A stretch of DNA of 32,000 bases from Nitrosomonas europaea (GCF_900167395.1 NZ_FUWK01000020.1:14327-46326); one strand, 5' to 3'. Positions 1 to 10,947 are shown, counted from the stretch's first letter. The notes: generated from the letters alone by a model not told the origin. Program-made: numbers and translations.

Positions 1-51
1 ATCCATCACCAGAATGATTACCGCCAGAGTCAGGCTGAAATAAAGTTTCAT
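1..51 (-). CDS. lspA: 5' end (17 codons) of a membrane protein gene leaving the window; position and hydrophobic N-terminus fit lipoprotein signal peptidase II
   Basis: ATG at 51..49 on the minus strand, 42 nt downstream of the ileS stop. It translates to MKLYFSLTLAVIILVMD. ribF-ileS-lspA is a conserved proteobacterial order. Only 17 codons are visible, so the call rests mainly on context. Confidence 0.4.
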   Translation of the reverse strand, partial: MKLYFSLTLAVIILVMD

Positions 52-93
52 CGTACGCCCTTCTATATTTTTTCGATGAGTGTTCCCGGGTAA

Positions 94-2913
94 TCAGGCA
101 AAACGACGATATTCACCGGAACCTGCCAAATTGCTTACACAACGGCTGCACAACGAAGAATGTTCGGGAACTGACCCCACATCCTGCCGATAATGCCAGC
201 AACGTTCACATTTCATATGCGGACTGGCTGTCACCCGGATAACTTCCCCAGCCGCATCATCCACACGCTGCAAATGAACCTCGGACGTAATCAGTACGAA
301 CCGGAGATCATCTCCCAGTGAGTCGAGCAATGCGAAATCTTCACCCGCTGCATGGATTTCAACGATGGCAGCCAGTGAAGAGCCGATTTCACCCTGGATA
401 CGCGCATCTTCGAGCTGTTTCAGCACCCTGGCACGCAGTTCACGCAGCCGCTGCCAGCGCGGTATCAATATCTGTGCATCGGACAGTATTTCTGATTGAT
501 CGGGAAAGCAATGCCAGGTATGCAGAAATACGCTGTCTTCTGCTGATTCACCCAGCTCCTGCCAGACTTCTTCTGCGGTAAAGCTCAGCACGGGTGCAAA
601 CAGACGTACCAGACTGTGCACGATATGATAGAGCGCATTCTGAGCCGAACGCCGCGGAATTCCATTTGCCATTGAGGTATAAAGGCGATCCTTGAGAATA
701 TCCAGATAGAACCCGCCCAGATCTTCGGAACAGAAATGGTGCAACCGGGCAACTGCCTGATGAAACTCGTAACGCTCGTAAAACCCAAGCAGATCATTTT
801 GTAATGCTGCTGTATAAGCGAGCATGTAGCGATCGATTTCCACCCATTCTGCCGGTGGTAATGCATCCGCAGCAAGATTGAAATCTGCCAGATTAGCCAG
901 CAGAAAGCGCAAGGTATTGCGAATACGCCGGTAGGTTTCGACTGTACGCTTGAGAATTTCATCGGAGATGGACAATTCACCGGAATAATCCGTAGAAGCT
1001 ACCCAGAGCCGCAAAATATCGGCACCGAGTGTATCGGCAATTTTCTGCGGGGCGATGACGTTACCCTTCGATTTGCTCATTTTGTAGCCCTGCCCGTCTA
1101 CCACGAAACCATGTGTGAGCAAAGCGGTATAAGGCGCACACCCATCGATCGCACACCCCGTCAGCAGTGATGACTGGAACCAGCCACGATGCTGATCGGA
1201 ACCTTCCAGATAAAGATCGGCCGGATGCCGCAACTGTATGTTCTGCTTCAATACGGTCTCATGAGTGGTACCGGAATCAAACCAGACATCGAGCGTATCC
1301 GTCAGTTTCTGGTAATGCTGTGCTTCCTCTCCCAACAATTCGGTCGCATCGAGGCTGAACCATGCCTCGATCCCCTGTTGTTCGACCAGGCCGGCCACCT
1401 TCTCCAACAGCTCAGGTGTACGCGGATGCAGTGTATGGGCTTCCTTATGGATAAAAAAAGTCATTGGAACACCCCAGTTACGCTGGCGTGAAATACACCA
1501 GTCAGGCCGGTTTCCGATCATGGCTTCCAGCCGCGCCCTGCCCCACGCCGGATAAAAGCGCGTAAGCTCCACCGCACGAAGAGCGAGATCCCGCAGCGAT
1601 TCCCCGAAAGATTGTGATTCAGCAGTCTGCCGCTGCATGCCAATGAACCATTGGGGTGTTGCGCGAAAAATGATCGGGGTTTTATGTCGCCAGCAATGAG
1701 GGTAGCTATGCTCGATCTCTTCGGCATGCAGCAGATGTCCACTACTGCGCAAGGTATCGATCACAACATCATTGGCCTTCCACACGAACATTCCCCCGAC
1801 CAGTGAAATCTGTTCTGAGAATTTACCGTCGCCTTTGACCGGGCTGTCACTGGGCAGGCCATACTGCTGACCAATGAAGTAATCATCCAGCCCGTGAGCC
1901 GGTGCGGTATGGACGAGGCCAGTACCCGCCTCCAGTGTCACATGTCGTCCGCAGATCACTTTGACGATACGATCGGCAAAAGGATGTTGCAAGGATAGCC
2001 CTTCCAGTGCCAGGCCTTTGCAAGTCGCTACTACCCGCCCTTCGAGCTGGTAACGGGCAAGACAGGCATTCGTCAGCTCGGAAGCCAACAGCAACCAGCC
2101 GCGGGAAGTGCTGACCAGACTGTAATCGAACTCGGGATGCACACATACCGCCTGATTGGCCGGGAGCGTCCACGGCGTCGTCGTCCAGATCACGGCAAAA
2201 ATACGGGTACCCGCCGGAATTTCTGCTGCCATGACGCCGGCAAGCGGATGACAGACATCCTTTCGCCCGATTATTTCAAACCCGACATCGATCGCGGGCG
2301 AGCGCTTGTTTTCATATTCCACCTCGGCTTCCGCTAAGGCCGAGCCACAGTCGATACACCAGTTGACCGGTTTCTGTCCCTGATAAAGGTGGCCATTGCG
2401 AAAAATTTTCCCGAGTGCACGGATGATACCTGCCTCGATCGCATAATTCATCGTGAGATAGGGGTGCTCCCAGTCACCCAGGACTCCCAGCCGCATGAAA
2501 TCAGCCTTCTGTCGATCTATCTGTTCCTGCGCAAAGGCCCGGCACAGTTTGCGCACCTGATCAGCCGGCAGGTGCTTGCCATATTTTTTTTCAATCTGAT
2601 GCTCGATTGGCAGACCATGACAATCCCAGCCCGGAACATACGGTGCATCAAAGCCCGACAGCGTTTTACTCTTGATGATGATGTCCTTGAGGATTTTATT
2701 GACGGCATGGCCGATATGAATGTCACCATTGGCATAGGGCGGGCCATCATGCAGAATGAACTTCGGCCGTCCCTGGCTGATTGCACGGATTTTCCGGTAA
2801 AGATTTCTTTCCTGCCAGGCTTTGAGCATGGCGGGTTCGCGCCGAGCCAGATCCCCTCGCATGGGGAAAGATGTATCCAGCAGATTGAGTGTTTTCTTGT
2901 AATCGATCGTCAT
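94..2913 (-). CDS. ileS: isoleucine--tRNA ligase
   Basis: The 952-aa track ORF has the class I signatures HIGH ([11 protein letters not shown]) and KMSKS (YKMSKSKGN) and a C-terminal Cys4 zinc knuckle (CERCWHY...CSRC). I trimmed the start to the [12 protein letters not shown] methionine (ATG 2913..2911), which lies 1 nt after the ribF stop. The track start at 2952 would overlap ribF. Confidence 0.97.
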   Translation of the reverse strand: MTIDYKKTLNLLDTSFPMRGDLARREPAMLKAWQERNLYRKIRAISQGRPKFILHDGPPYANGDIHIGHAVNKILKDIIIKSKTLSGFDAPYVPGWDCHGLPIEHQIEKKYGKHLPADQVRKLCRAFAQEQIDRQKADFMRLGVLGDWEHPYLTMNYAIEAGIIRALGKIFRNGHLYQGQKPVNWCIDCGSALAEAEVEYENKRSPAIDVGFEIIGRKDVCHPLAGVMAAEIPAGTRIFAVIWTTTPWTLPANQAVCVHPEFDYSLVSTSRGWLLLASELTNACLARYQLEGRVVATCKGLALEGLSLQHPFADRIVKVICGRHVTLEAGTGLVHTAPAHGLDDYFIGQQYGLPSDSPVKGDGKFSEQISLVGGMFVWKANDVVIDTLRSSGHLLHAEEIEHSYPHCWRHKTPIIFRATPQWFIGMQRQTAESQSFGESLRDLALRAVELTRFYPAWGRARLEAMIGNRPDWCISRQRNWGVPMTFFIHKEAHTLHPRTPELLEKVAGLVEQQGIEAWFSLDATELLGEEAQHYQKLTDTLDVWFDSGTTHETVLKQNIQLRHPADLYLEGSDQHRGWFQSSLLTGCAIDGCAPYTALLTHGFVVDGQGYKMSKSKGNVIAPQKIADTLGADILRLWVASTDYSGELSISDEILKRTVETYRRIRNTLRFLLANLADFNLAADALPPAEWVEIDRYMLAYTAALQNDLLGFYERYEFHQAVARLHHFCSEDLGGFYLDILKDRLYTSMANGIPRRSAQNALYHIVHSLVRLFAPVLSFTAEEVWQELGESAEDSVFLHTWHCFPDQSEILSDAQILIPRWQRLRELRARVLKQLEDARIQGEIGSSLAAIVEIHAAGEDFALLDSLGDDLRFVLITSEVHLQRVDDAAGEVIRVTASPHMKCERCWHYRQDVGSVPEHSSLCSRCVSNLAGSGEYRRFA

Positions 2914-2914
2914 T

Positions 2915-3886
2915 TCAGCAATCCAGGCAGATCGTTTGATGCATGGCAGCATCTGTTCGGGAAAAATAGGCTTTGGCGCGATCCACGTCCTGTTCTATTT
3001 GTTTTACGAGTGTTTCCATATCAGGAAATTTTTCTTCATCTCTGAGTTTTTGTAAAAAATCGACTCGCAAATGCTGTCCATAGATCTGTTCATCAAAATC
3101 AAACAAATGTACTTCCAGCAGCGGTTGTGCGTGTTCGAAAACGGTTGGCCGGACACCCACACTGGCTACTCCCCGGATTCGCCGTGTATGGCCTGAATCA
3201 TTACACCAGTTTGCTTCCACCACGAAAATACCGCTTAGTGGAAGATGATGATGCTTCAACCATATGTTGGCCGTCGGAAAACCCAGTTTTTTGCCCAGTT
3301 TGATGCCATCCACCACCCGCCCGCTGATGCTGTAAGGGCGCCCCAGGAAGTCTGCAGCCAGATCGAGGTTGCCCGATGCCAGGGCATCGCGCACTGCTGT
3401 ACTTGATACCCTCAATTCATCCACAGTAACGGGGGACATGACCTCCAGCTCATCTGGCTCCGAAAAGAACTTTCTCAGCAAGGTAAGATCTCCCGAACGC
3501 CGGGCACCAAAACGAAAATCCTCTCCTATCAGCAGCCAGCGGACATTCATTTCCTGCAGCAGAATACGTGTGATGAACGATTCCGCACTGATTCCGGCAA
3601 ATTCATGGTCGAAACGACAGATCTGCGTACGACTCACGCCATAACCCGCCAGCAGTTCCAGTTTCTCACGCAAATCCGTCAACCGCGCCGGAGCCTGCTC
3701 GGGCATCAGACGCTCTCGCGGATGCGGTTCAAACGTCATGACACATGATGCAATTCCCAAACGACCGGCAACCCGCTTCAGGCGGGCGATCATTGCCTGA
3801 TGGCCAAGATGCACACCGTCAAAATTGCCTATGGTCAGAGCAACAGGCTCTCCCCTATAGATCACCGACCGTCGGGTTATACGCAT
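2915..3886 (-). CDS. ribF: bifunctional riboflavin kinase / FAD synthetase
   Basis: 323 aa. N-terminal nucleotidyltransferase motif [11 protein letters not shown] and a C-terminal riboflavin kinase region (GFPTANI...). Located immediately upstream of ileS. Confidence 0.95.
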   Translation of the reverse strand: MRITRRSVIYRGEPVALTIGNFDGVHLGHQAMIARLKRVAGRLGIASCVMTFEPHPRERLMPEQAPARLTDLREKLELLAGYGVSRTQICRFDHEFAGISAESFITRILLQEMNVRWLLIGEDFRFGARRSGDLTLLRKFFSEPDELEVMSPVTVDELRVSSTAVRDALASGNLDLAADFLGRPYSISGRVVDGIKLGKKLGFPTANIWLKHHHLPLSGIFVVEANWCNDSGHTRRIRGVASVGVRPTVFEHAQPLLEVHLFDFDEQIYGQHLRVDFLQKLRDEEKFPDMETLVKQIEQDVDRAKAYFSRTDAAMHQTICLDC

Positions 3887-3994
3887 ACTATCGAACCAGG
3901 CATCAGCCAGCCGGAAATATAATCCGGCCGCAGACCTGCCTCATGACGACCGATGACTCGCGCATGACTGCAGGTAGCGTGGATCCATTGCTTT

Positions 3995-4426
3995 TTATAC
4001 TTCGGAAGTATTGAGATCAGCCGGTTCACGATGCGGGAAATGGCTCATCTGATAGCCCATCCAGAGGCGTCCGGCAATAAATTCTGCGACGGTATCTGCA
4101 TGTTGCTTCAGTAGCGGGTTGCCCAGTTCGAGCGTCGTTTGCCGGAAAAGCTGCAACCAGCGCTTGAAAAGTGTTTCATTCAGTTCCGGCAGGGCAATGT
4201 GTTTAGGCATGGGGGCACCACGAAAACGGCTGGTACCACGCAATTGGGCTGACCAGAAATTGGTCATTTGTACGAAATGCGCATCCCAGTCGATCACATG
4301 TTCTTCGAAAATAGGACCTAATGCGGCATCTTTTCTCGCTTTGGCATAAAATTCATGTACCAGTTTTGAAACTTCTTCCTCGGTGTACAGATCGGGACTG
4401 GGTTCAGGTATGGGACGGGGTATCAT
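3995..4426 (-). CDS. group III truncated haemoglobin (Ctb/TrHbP-like globin)
   Basis: 143 aa. The pattern EFYAKARKDAALGPIF...NFWSAQL...PMPKHIALP...F.RWLQLF parallels the Campylobacter Ctb-type globin as I remember it. Confidence 0.8.
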   Translation of the reverse strand: MIPRPIPEPSPDLYTEEEVSKLVHEFYAKARKDAALGPIFEEHVIDWDAHFVQMTNFWSAQLRGTSRFRGAPMPKHIALPELNETLFKRWLQLFRQTTLELGNPLLKQHADTVAEFIAGRLWMGYQMSHFPHREPADLNTSEV

Positions 4427-4561
4427 GGCTCTGTATTAAATATATCCGTATGGGTTAAAGTGTATGTGTACCGGAATGACTCAAGTCATAATCCAGCTGT
4501 TTGCAACATCAATTTTCTCATATTTGCAATACTCCTTCGAGTCTCTTTGCATAAGGTCTGA

Positions 4562-6802
4562 ATGTTGTTCAAAACCAGTCGATCACTCATGAAAAAAATC
4601 CGGTTACAGGTTATCTGTGCAGGCTACTCTCTTGTATCGACCGGCCTGTTGTTACTGAGCCTGATATTGTCCGGTTGTACCGATATCTGGAATAATCCTT
4701 ATCCGGCCGCGGATTCCGGTAAAAATATTCTTTATAATGTTTTTGCTGAACGCCCAAAACATCTCGATCCGGTGCAATCATACAGTTCGAATGAAATTCA
4801 GCTCACTTCTCAGATCTATCAACCACCGCTGCAATATCACTTCCTGAAACGTCCTCTTACCCTGATTCCGCAAACTGCCAGCAGGATGCCCACGGTAAGC
4901 TACTTCGACAGCAACGATACCCGGCTACCCGCCAATTCAGCAGATACCCGTATTGCCTACTCTGTTTATGAAATTTCGATCAGGCCCGGTATTTTCTACC
5001 AGCCTCATCCGGCCTTCGCCAGAGATGAAAAAGACAACCTGCGCTATCATGAACTAACCGTACAAGATATACAGCCCATCCACAAAATCAGTGACTTTGA
5101 ACATACAGGTACCCGTGAACTGGTAGCCGACGACTATATCTACCAGATCAAACGACTTGCCCACCCCGGGCTGCACTCACCGATATTCGGTTTGATGGCG
5201 GATTACATTACAGGACTGCGCGAATATGCGAATACCCTGAGAGATCAAGCCAGGACCCGACCTGGAAACAGCTTTCTGGATTTGCGCGACTTTCCTCTGA
5301 CAGGTGTGGAGCGAGTGGATGATTACACCTATCGCATCCGAATAAAAGGAAAATATCCTCAGTTTATCTACTGGCTGACCATGGCATTTTTTGCACCGAT
5401 TCCATGGGAAGCAGATCATTTCTTCTCACAACCCGGTATGGCCGAGAAAAATTTCTCACTCGACTGGTATCCGGTGGGAACCGGTCCGTACATGCTGGCC
5501 GAAAATAACCCGAACCGGATCATGGTGCTGGAGCGCAACCCCAATTTTCAGGGGGAATATTACCCGGATGAGGGCATGCCGGAAGATATACAAAAAGGCC
5601 TGCTGCGTGATGCCGGGAAACCGTTGCCATTCATCGATAAAATCGTGTACAGCCGTGAAAGGGAAAGTATCCCTTACTGGAATAAATTCCTGCAGGGATA
5701 CTACGATGCATCCATCATTGGCTCGGACAGTTTCGATCAGGCGGTACAGATAACCGGTCAGGGTGAGGCCACGATCACCGACGAAATGGAGGCACAAGGT
5801 ATTCGCCTTGGAACGGCTGTCGCTCCATCGACATATTACATGGGGTTCAATATGCTCGATCCGGTAGTGGGTGGCCGCACCGAAGCGGAAAAGGCTGCAG
5901 CACGCAAGCTGCGCCAGGCTATTTCCATTGCCGTAAATTACGAGGAATACCTGTCCATATTTGCAAACGAGCGCGGTATTGCTGCACAAGGCCCGATCCC
6001 TCCCGGAATCGAGGGCTATCATGAAGGCAAGGAAGGGATGAATCCGATCGTTTATGAATGGCATAACGGCGAAATCCGGCGCAAGTCGATCAAACAGGCG
6101 CAGGCATTACTCGCTGAAGCAGGCTATCCTGATGGTATCAGTCGCAAGACCGGTAAACCGCTGGTGCTGTATTACGATGTCACTGCACGCAGCGCAGACG
6201 ATAGATCCATCCTCGACTGGATGCGAATGCAATTCCGCAAACTCAATATCCAGCTGGTCGTGCGCAGCACTGACTACAACCGCTTCCAGGACAAGATACG
6301 CAAGGGAAATGCACAGATTTTTGAATGGGGCTGGAACGCGGATTATCCTGACCCGGAGAATTTTCTGTTTCTGTTATATGGCCCACAACGCAAAGTGGGC
6401 AACAGTGGCGAAAACGCAGCGAACTATGACAACGCCGAATACAACCACCTGTTCGAACAGATGAAAGACATGGAACACGGCCCGCAGCGTGTACGGATCA
6501 TCGACAGAATGATCACCATTCTGCGGGAAGATGCCCCCTGGCTGTGGGGCTACCACCCGAAGGAATTTGCCTTGTACCATGCCTGGTATCAGAATGTGAA
6601 ACCCAACAGAATGGCGTATAACACGCTCAAATATTATCGGATCGATCCTGCGTTACGCGATCAGAAACGAAACGAATGGAATAAACCCGTACTATGGCCG
6701 ATCGGCGCGGGTACGGCCCTGCTGGTCATCATTCTCTTGCCGGCATGGGTTGCATATCGCCGCAAACAGCAACAGCAGAGTATTACTGAACAGGCAACCT
6801 GA
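4562..6802 (+). CDS. ABC transporter substrate-binding protein, family 5 (peptide/opine/nickel, YejA-like), predicted lipoprotein with an additional C-terminal TM helix
   Basis: 746 aa. The signal peptide ends in the lipobox L-S-G-C. Typical SBP_bac_5 features are present (FKKG-type regions, WNADYPDPENFL). The C-terminal hydrophobic stretch VLWPIGAGTALLVIILLPAWVAY is followed by RRKQQQQ. AAGG Shine-Dalgarno lies upstream of 4562, and an alternative ATG is at 4589. Confidence 0.85.
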   Translation: MLFKTSRSLMKKIRLQVICAGYSLVSTGLLLLSLILSGCTDIWNNPYPAADSGKNILYNVFAERPKHLDPVQSYSSNEIQLTSQIYQPPLQYHFLKRPLTLIPQTASRMPTVSYFDSNDTRLPANSADTRIAYSVYEISIRPGIFYQPHPAFARDEKDNLRYHELTVQDIQPIHKISDFEHTGTRELVADDYIYQIKRLAHPGLHSPIFGLMADYITGLREYANTLRDQARTRPGNSFLDLRDFPLTGVERVDDYTYRIRIKGKYPQFIYWLTMAFFAPIPWEADHFFSQPGMAEKNFSLDWYPVGTGPYMLAENNPNRIMVLERNPNFQGEYYPDEGMPEDIQKGLLRDAGKPLPFIDKIVYSRERESIPYWNKFLQGYYDASIIGSDSFDQAVQITGQGEATITDEMEAQGIRLGTAVAPSTYYMGFNMLDPVVGGRTEAEKAAARKLRQAISIAVNYEEYLSIFANERGIAAQGPIPPGIEGYHEGKEGMNPIVYEWHNGEIRRKSIKQAQALLAEAGYPDGISRKTGKPLVLYYDVTARSADDRSILDWMRMQFRKLNIQLVVRSTDYNRFQDKIRKGNAQIFEWGWNADYPDPENFLFLLYGPQRKVGNSGENAANYDNAEYNHLFEQMKDMEHGPQRVRIIDRMITILREDAPWLWGYHPKEFALYHAWYQNVKPNRMAYNTLKYYRIDPALRDQKRNEWNKPVLWPIGAGTALLVIILLPAWVAYRRKQQQQSITEQAT

Positions 6803-6819
6803 TCCAATTTTATGCATTT

Positions 6820-7797
6820 ATGCTAAATTACATCATCCGCCGGATACTTTACGCACTTCCGATTCTCATCGGTGTCAATCTCATCACATTTGCACTCTTC
6901 TTTGTGGTCAATACCCCTGATGATATGGCACGCATGCATCTTGGCACGAAACACGTCACGGAAGAGGCCATCTGGAAATGGAAAGAAGAGCACGGCTACA
7001 ACAAACCTCTGCTCTATAACGAGGCAGCTCACGGGTTCGAAAAATTTACTGATACTATTTTTTTTGAAAAATCAGTCTCGATGTTTGCATTCGATTTTGG
7101 TCGTGCCGATGACGGCCGTGATATTGCTTACGAGATCCAGTCACGCATGTGGCCCAGCCTGGCGATTGCATTACCCGTATTTCTGCTGGGTCTGCTGACC
7201 TATATCACGTTTGCTCTGGTGATGATTTTCTTTCGCGCCACCTACGTCGATTTCTGGGGTGTCATCCTGTGCGTGATGCTCATGTCCATTTCCAGCCTGT
7301 TTTATATTATCGGCGGCCAGTTCCTGATCAGTAAGTTGTGGCATCTGGTTCCCATCTCCGGCTACGGCAACGGACTGGATATCGGCCGGTTTCTGCTGCT
7401 TCCGGTCATTATCGGTGTGGTCAGCAGTGCCGGCGCCAACACACGCTGGTACCGCACCCTTTTTCTGGAAGAGATCAACAAGGAATATGTGCGCACGGCC
7501 CGAGCCAAAGGATTGGCGGAAAGCGTAGTACTGTTCAGACATGTACTCAAGAACGCGATGATTCCCATACTGACCGGCACCGTCGTCGTCATTCCGCTGC
7601 TGTTTCTCGGCGGACTGATTACCGAATCGTTCTTTGGCATTCCAGGACTGGGCAGTTATACCATCGATGCCATTCAATCACAGGATTTTTCGGTGGTACG
7701 TGCCATGGTATTTCTGGGTTCGTTGCTGTATATCGCCGGGCTGGTGCTGACCGATATTTCCTACACCTTGGCAGATCCGAGAGTGCGACTGGAATGA
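6820..7797 (+). CDS. ABC transporter permease (DppB/OppB/YejB family)
   Basis: 325 aa and multi-TM. Conserved N-terminus MLNYIIRRILYALPILIGV and the EAA-loop region EYVRTARAKGL. Starts 17 nt after the SBP gene. Confidence 0.9.
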   Translation: MLNYIIRRILYALPILIGVNLITFALFFVVNTPDDMARMHLGTKHVTEEAIWKWKEEHGYNKPLLYNEAAHGFEKFTDTIFFEKSVSMFAFDFGRADDGRDIAYEIQSRMWPSLAIALPVFLLGLLTYITFALVMIFFRATYVDFWGVILCVMLMSISSLFYIIGGQFLISKLWHLVPISGYGNGLDIGRFLLLPVIIGVVSSAGANTRWYRTLFLEEINKEYVRTARAKGLAESVVLFRHVLKNAMIPILTGTVVVIPLLFLGGLITESFFGIPGLGSYTIDAIQSQDFSVVRAMVFLGSLLYIAGLVLTDISYTLADPRVRLE

Positions 7798-7897
7798 TCA
7801 TCCGTTTCTGCAACCAGCCTGCCTTTCCCGAGCAAAATCAGATACTGCTCCTTGCTCAAGTGCATCATTCTGTGATCGAACATTCGGACGATATGGA

Positions 7898-9598
7898 TTG
7901 TTCATCGCTTCATTCGAGGTCTGGCCTGTTTTGAAACCGGTTCTGTACAGTATAAAAAGCAAGATCGTGATTTTTGCCGTGATTGCCACCCTGCTGCCCA
8001 CGGCCGGTCTCGGTTTGTTGTCATTCAAGCAGAACGAAGCACTGATCATCGATAGTGTTACCCGCGAATTACGCGTACTTGCGGATAACGTCAACCGCCA
8101 GCTCAATCTCTGGATGGATGAGAACACACTTACCATCCGCGCATTATCGACATCCAACCCTGTCATCGAAGGACTGACTATCCTGAAAAAGCAGACGGAC
8201 AATACGCATGAAAATACGGCGAAACAGACACAATCCGTTATGTCCGGTTACTTGACTGCGGTACGAGACAAACTGGATGACGTACTGGAGCTGACCGTTT
8301 TCGACAGTACCCGGAAAATCGTGGCAAGCAGCGCCAGTACCCCTGAGGTGCTCGAATCTCCCGAGCGCTGGACGCATGCATCTCTTACCAGAGGATCCAT
8401 TGCCATTACCCCTCACTGGAACGATCGTTACGATACCGCGGCGTTCAGTGTCATTTATCCGGTCCTCTCCTATGACAGTCAGCTCATCGGCGCTATCGCA
8501 GCTACGCTGGACTTGGGAATATTCAGAAATAAGCTGATGGAAACCAGAAAATTTTCATCGGGCGAAATCACCCTGCTGGACCAGAATAGCAGAGTATTAC
8601 TGAGCAGTGCCTCTGGCATCGATCATCTGGCAGTACCGAATCCACATTATCTGGAATCGATGCAGATACTTGAAGAATCGATCACACATGATGGATTGTC
8701 TTACCCCAAAGCAATCGGCCTGCTGTATGCATCGGAGAACGTTCCGGTAACGATTCTGGTGGAACAGGATCAAAGTGCCATACAAGCTTCATGGATGAAA
8801 TTACGTAACCGTTTTCTTGAATTCGTCGCAATTCTGATCGTCATCGTAACTCTGGTGGCTTTGTATATGGGGCATTCTATCGTCACCCCTCTGAAACAGT
8901 TGATCAGTGCAGTCAGGGGAATTGTAGAGGGAAATCTGGATATTTATCTGCCGGTCAAACGTAAGGATGAAGTCGGGCAACTGACGACCATCTTTAATCA
9001 GATGACTGACGCCCTGCGTAACAAACATACGGAGATCATGGCCGTCAATCAGGCCATGCAGCAGCAAAATCAGCTTCTGCAGAAACTTTCGATCACGGAT
9101 GGTTTGACGAGCCTGTACAACCGGGCAAAACTCAATACCATCCTGATCGAACAGCTTGCCAGATTCAAACGCAACGATCGTACCTTCTGCCTGCTGATGA
9201 TCGACGTGGATCATTTCAAAACCATAAATGATAAACTTGGCCATATCACAGGCGATAAGATTCTGATCACGGTAGCTTCTGCCCTGCTGAAATCGATCAG
9301 AACGATAGATTACGCTGCACGCTACGGTGGTGACGAATTCATGGCCATCCTGACCGAAACCAACTCCAGTGCTGCAATCAAAACAGCAGAGCGGATCCGC
9401 TCCGAAGTAAGTGCTGCCTGCTCTGCACTCGAAGAACATCCGATCCAAATCACCCTGAGTATTGGTATTACCCAGAGCCATCATGACGATACCACCCCGG
9501 GTGATCTGATTGCACGCGCAGATGTGGCACTGTATGAAGCCAAGAAACGGGGACGCAACCGGGTGTACTGCGTTGATGTAGCGCACACTGATCCATGA
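7898..9598 (+). CDS. membrane sensor diguanylate cyclase (periplasmic Cache-like domain, HAMP, GGDEF with RxxD I-site)
   Basis: 566 aa with two TM segments flanking a periplasmic region of about 250 aa. HAMP region (PLKQLISAVRGIVEGNLDIYLP...EVGQLTTIFNQM). GGDEF active site RYGGDEF with RTID five residues upstream. The start is uncertain: TTG at 7898 or TTG at 7931. Confidence 0.9.
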   Translation: MFIASFEVWPVLKPVLYSIKSKIVIFAVIATLLPTAGLGLLSFKQNEALIIDSVTRELRVLADNVNRQLNLWMDENTLTIRALSTSNPVIEGLTILKKQTDNTHENTAKQTQSVMSGYLTAVRDKLDDVLELTVFDSTRKIVASSASTPEVLESPERWTHASLTRGSIAITPHWNDRYDTAAFSVIYPVLSYDSQLIGAIAATLDLGIFRNKLMETRKFSSGEITLLDQNSRVLLSSASGIDHLAVPNPHYLESMQILEESITHDGLSYPKAIGLLYASENVPVTILVEQDQSAIQASWMKLRNRFLEFVAILIVIVTLVALYMGHSIVTPLKQLISAVRGIVEGNLDIYLPVKRKDEVGQLTTIFNQMTDALRNKHTEIMAVNQAMQQQNQLLQKLSITDGLTSLYNRAKLNTILIEQLARFKRNDRTFCLLMIDVDHFKTINDKLGHITGDKILITVASALLKSIRTIDYAARYGGDEFMAILTETNSSAAIKTAERIRSEVSAACSALEEHPIQITLSIGITQSHHDDTTPGDLIARADVALYEAKKRGRNRVYCVDVAHTDP

Positions 9599-9645
9599 GG
9601 CCACCACCGATTCCAGCGTGACTTACTCTATCCGGATACAACAAA

Positions 9646-10590
9646 ATGGAATATAAGGATTACTATCAGACCATTGGTGTCCCGCGAGATGCGACTCAGG
9701 ATGACATCAAACGTGCTTATCGCAAGCTGGCACGCAAATACCATCCCGATGTCAGCAAGGAGCCAGAGGCTGAGGCCCGTTTCAAGGAAATCGGCGAAGC
9801 CTATGAAGTACTCAAGGATCCAGAGAAGCGAACGGCTTACGACCGACTGGGAACTCGCTGGAAAAGTGGACAGGAATTTCAGCCTCCACCAGGATGGGAT
9901 CAGGGATTTGAATTTCATGGTGGTGGATTCACTGAGGCTGCTTCTCAATTCAGCAGTTTTTTTGAATCATTATTCGGACGAAACCAGCAAAGCCACCGTT
10001 ATCGTGATCGGGAGTTCAATTTGCATGGAGAAGATTCCCACGCACGAATTTCGATAGCCCTGGAGGATTCTTTTCAAGGAGGCATCCGCAGTTTGACCTT
10101 GCAACATACGGAATCCGGTCAGGATGGACGACCTCTGATCAAAGAACGCACATTGAAAGTCCGGATACCCAAAGGCATTCAGCAAGGACAGCATATCCGG
10201 CTAGCCGGCCAGGGAAGTCCCGGAACCGGAGGAGGCAAAGCCGGTGATCTTTACCTTGAAATCGTATTCAAGCCACATCCTCTATTCAGAGTGGAAGGTA
10301 AGGATATTTTCCTGGATCTGCCCGTAGCCCCTTGGGAAGCTGCATTGGGTGCCACAGTCGCGATCCCTACTCCGGCAGGAACAGTGGATCTCAAAATCCC
10401 TGCCGGCTCCCGGTCGGGACAAAAACTGCGCCTGAAAGAACGCGGTATTCCAGGCACACCCTCCGGGGATTTATACGTCGTTTTACAGATCGTGCTGCCT
10501 GCTGCCGATAGTGAACAGGCACGTGCGTTTTATCGCGAAATGGAACAGAAGCTCGCATTCAATCCTCGTGCCGGAATGAGTATCCGATAA
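9646..10590 (+). CDS. cbpA: curved-DNA-binding DnaJ-family co-chaperone
   Basis: 314 aa. J domain with an HPD motif (KYHPDV), no zinc-finger region, and DnaJ C-terminal domains. Followed 1 nt later by a cbpM-like gene. Confidence 0.9.
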   Translation: MEYKDYYQTIGVPRDATQDDIKRAYRKLARKYHPDVSKEPEAEARFKEIGEAYEVLKDPEKRTAYDRLGTRWKSGQEFQPPPGWDQGFEFHGGGFTEAASQFSSFFESLFGRNQQSHRYRDREFNLHGEDSHARISIALEDSFQGGIRSLTLQHTESGQDGRPLIKERTLKVRIPKGIQQGQHIRLAGQGSPGTGGGKAGDLYLEIVFKPHPLFRVEGKDIFLDLPVAPWEAALGATVAIPTPAGTVDLKIPAGSRSGQKLRLKERGIPGTPSGDLYVVLQIVLPAADSEQARAFYREMEQKLAFNPRAGMSIR

Positions 10591-10591
10591 A

Positions 10592-10891
10592 ATGGACTAC
10601 GACATCTTGCATGGCATTGTCATCGAAGAAAGTGAGGCACTCTCACTTTCTGAACTTTGCCAGATTTGCAACGTCGAGGTTGAATGGATCATGGCGCTGG
10701 TAAATGAAGGTATTTTCGAACCCGCTGGAACCCGGCCGGAAGACTGGTTCTTCAGTGGAGTTGCTTTGCGGCGTGTACTGGTCGTGAGACATCTGCAACG
10801 AGATCTGGACGTCAATCTTTCTGGTGCTGCATTAGTACTGGAGCTGCTGGAAGAGCGGAATGCACTGCTTGCTAAAATAAACTTGTATTGA
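10592..10891 (+). CDS. cbpM: chaperone modulatory protein CbpM (MerR-like HTH fold)
   Basis: 99 aa. Tightly coupled downstream of cbpA, with size and sequence pattern (LSELCQICNVEVEWIMALVNEGI) typical of CbpM. Confidence 0.8.
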   Translation: MDYDILHGIVIEESEALSLSELCQICNVEVEWIMALVNEGIFEPAGTRPEDWFFSGVALRRVLVVRHLQRDLDVNLSGAALVLELLEERNALLAKINLY

Positions 10892-10947
10892 TTTTTAAAC
10901 GAATTTCCATTTGAAACCTGCTCCGGAAATATCGAACGGCAGGATGA

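Noticed and set aside
2914-2952. 13-codon N-terminal extension of ileS given in the ORF track.
   Set aside because: It would overlap the end of ribF. The conserved IleRS N-terminus begins at [11 protein letters not shown], whose ATG sits 1 nt after the ribF stop.
2389-3045. 218-aa plus-strand ORF, together with several other 60-130-aa ORFs, inside the ileS/ribF region.
   Set aside because: It is entirely antisense to the strongly supported ileS and ribF frames, with no motifs and a biased shadow-frame composition.
5456-6064. 202-aa minus-strand ORF.
   Set aside because: It is antisense within the ABC substrate-binding protein gene. The sequence is low-complexity and Cys/Arg-rich, typical of a non-coding frame.
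8801-9607. 268-aa minus-strand ORF.
   Set aside because: It is antisense to the HAMP-GGDEF part of the diguanylate cyclase gene. It is a shadow ORF with no recognisable domains.
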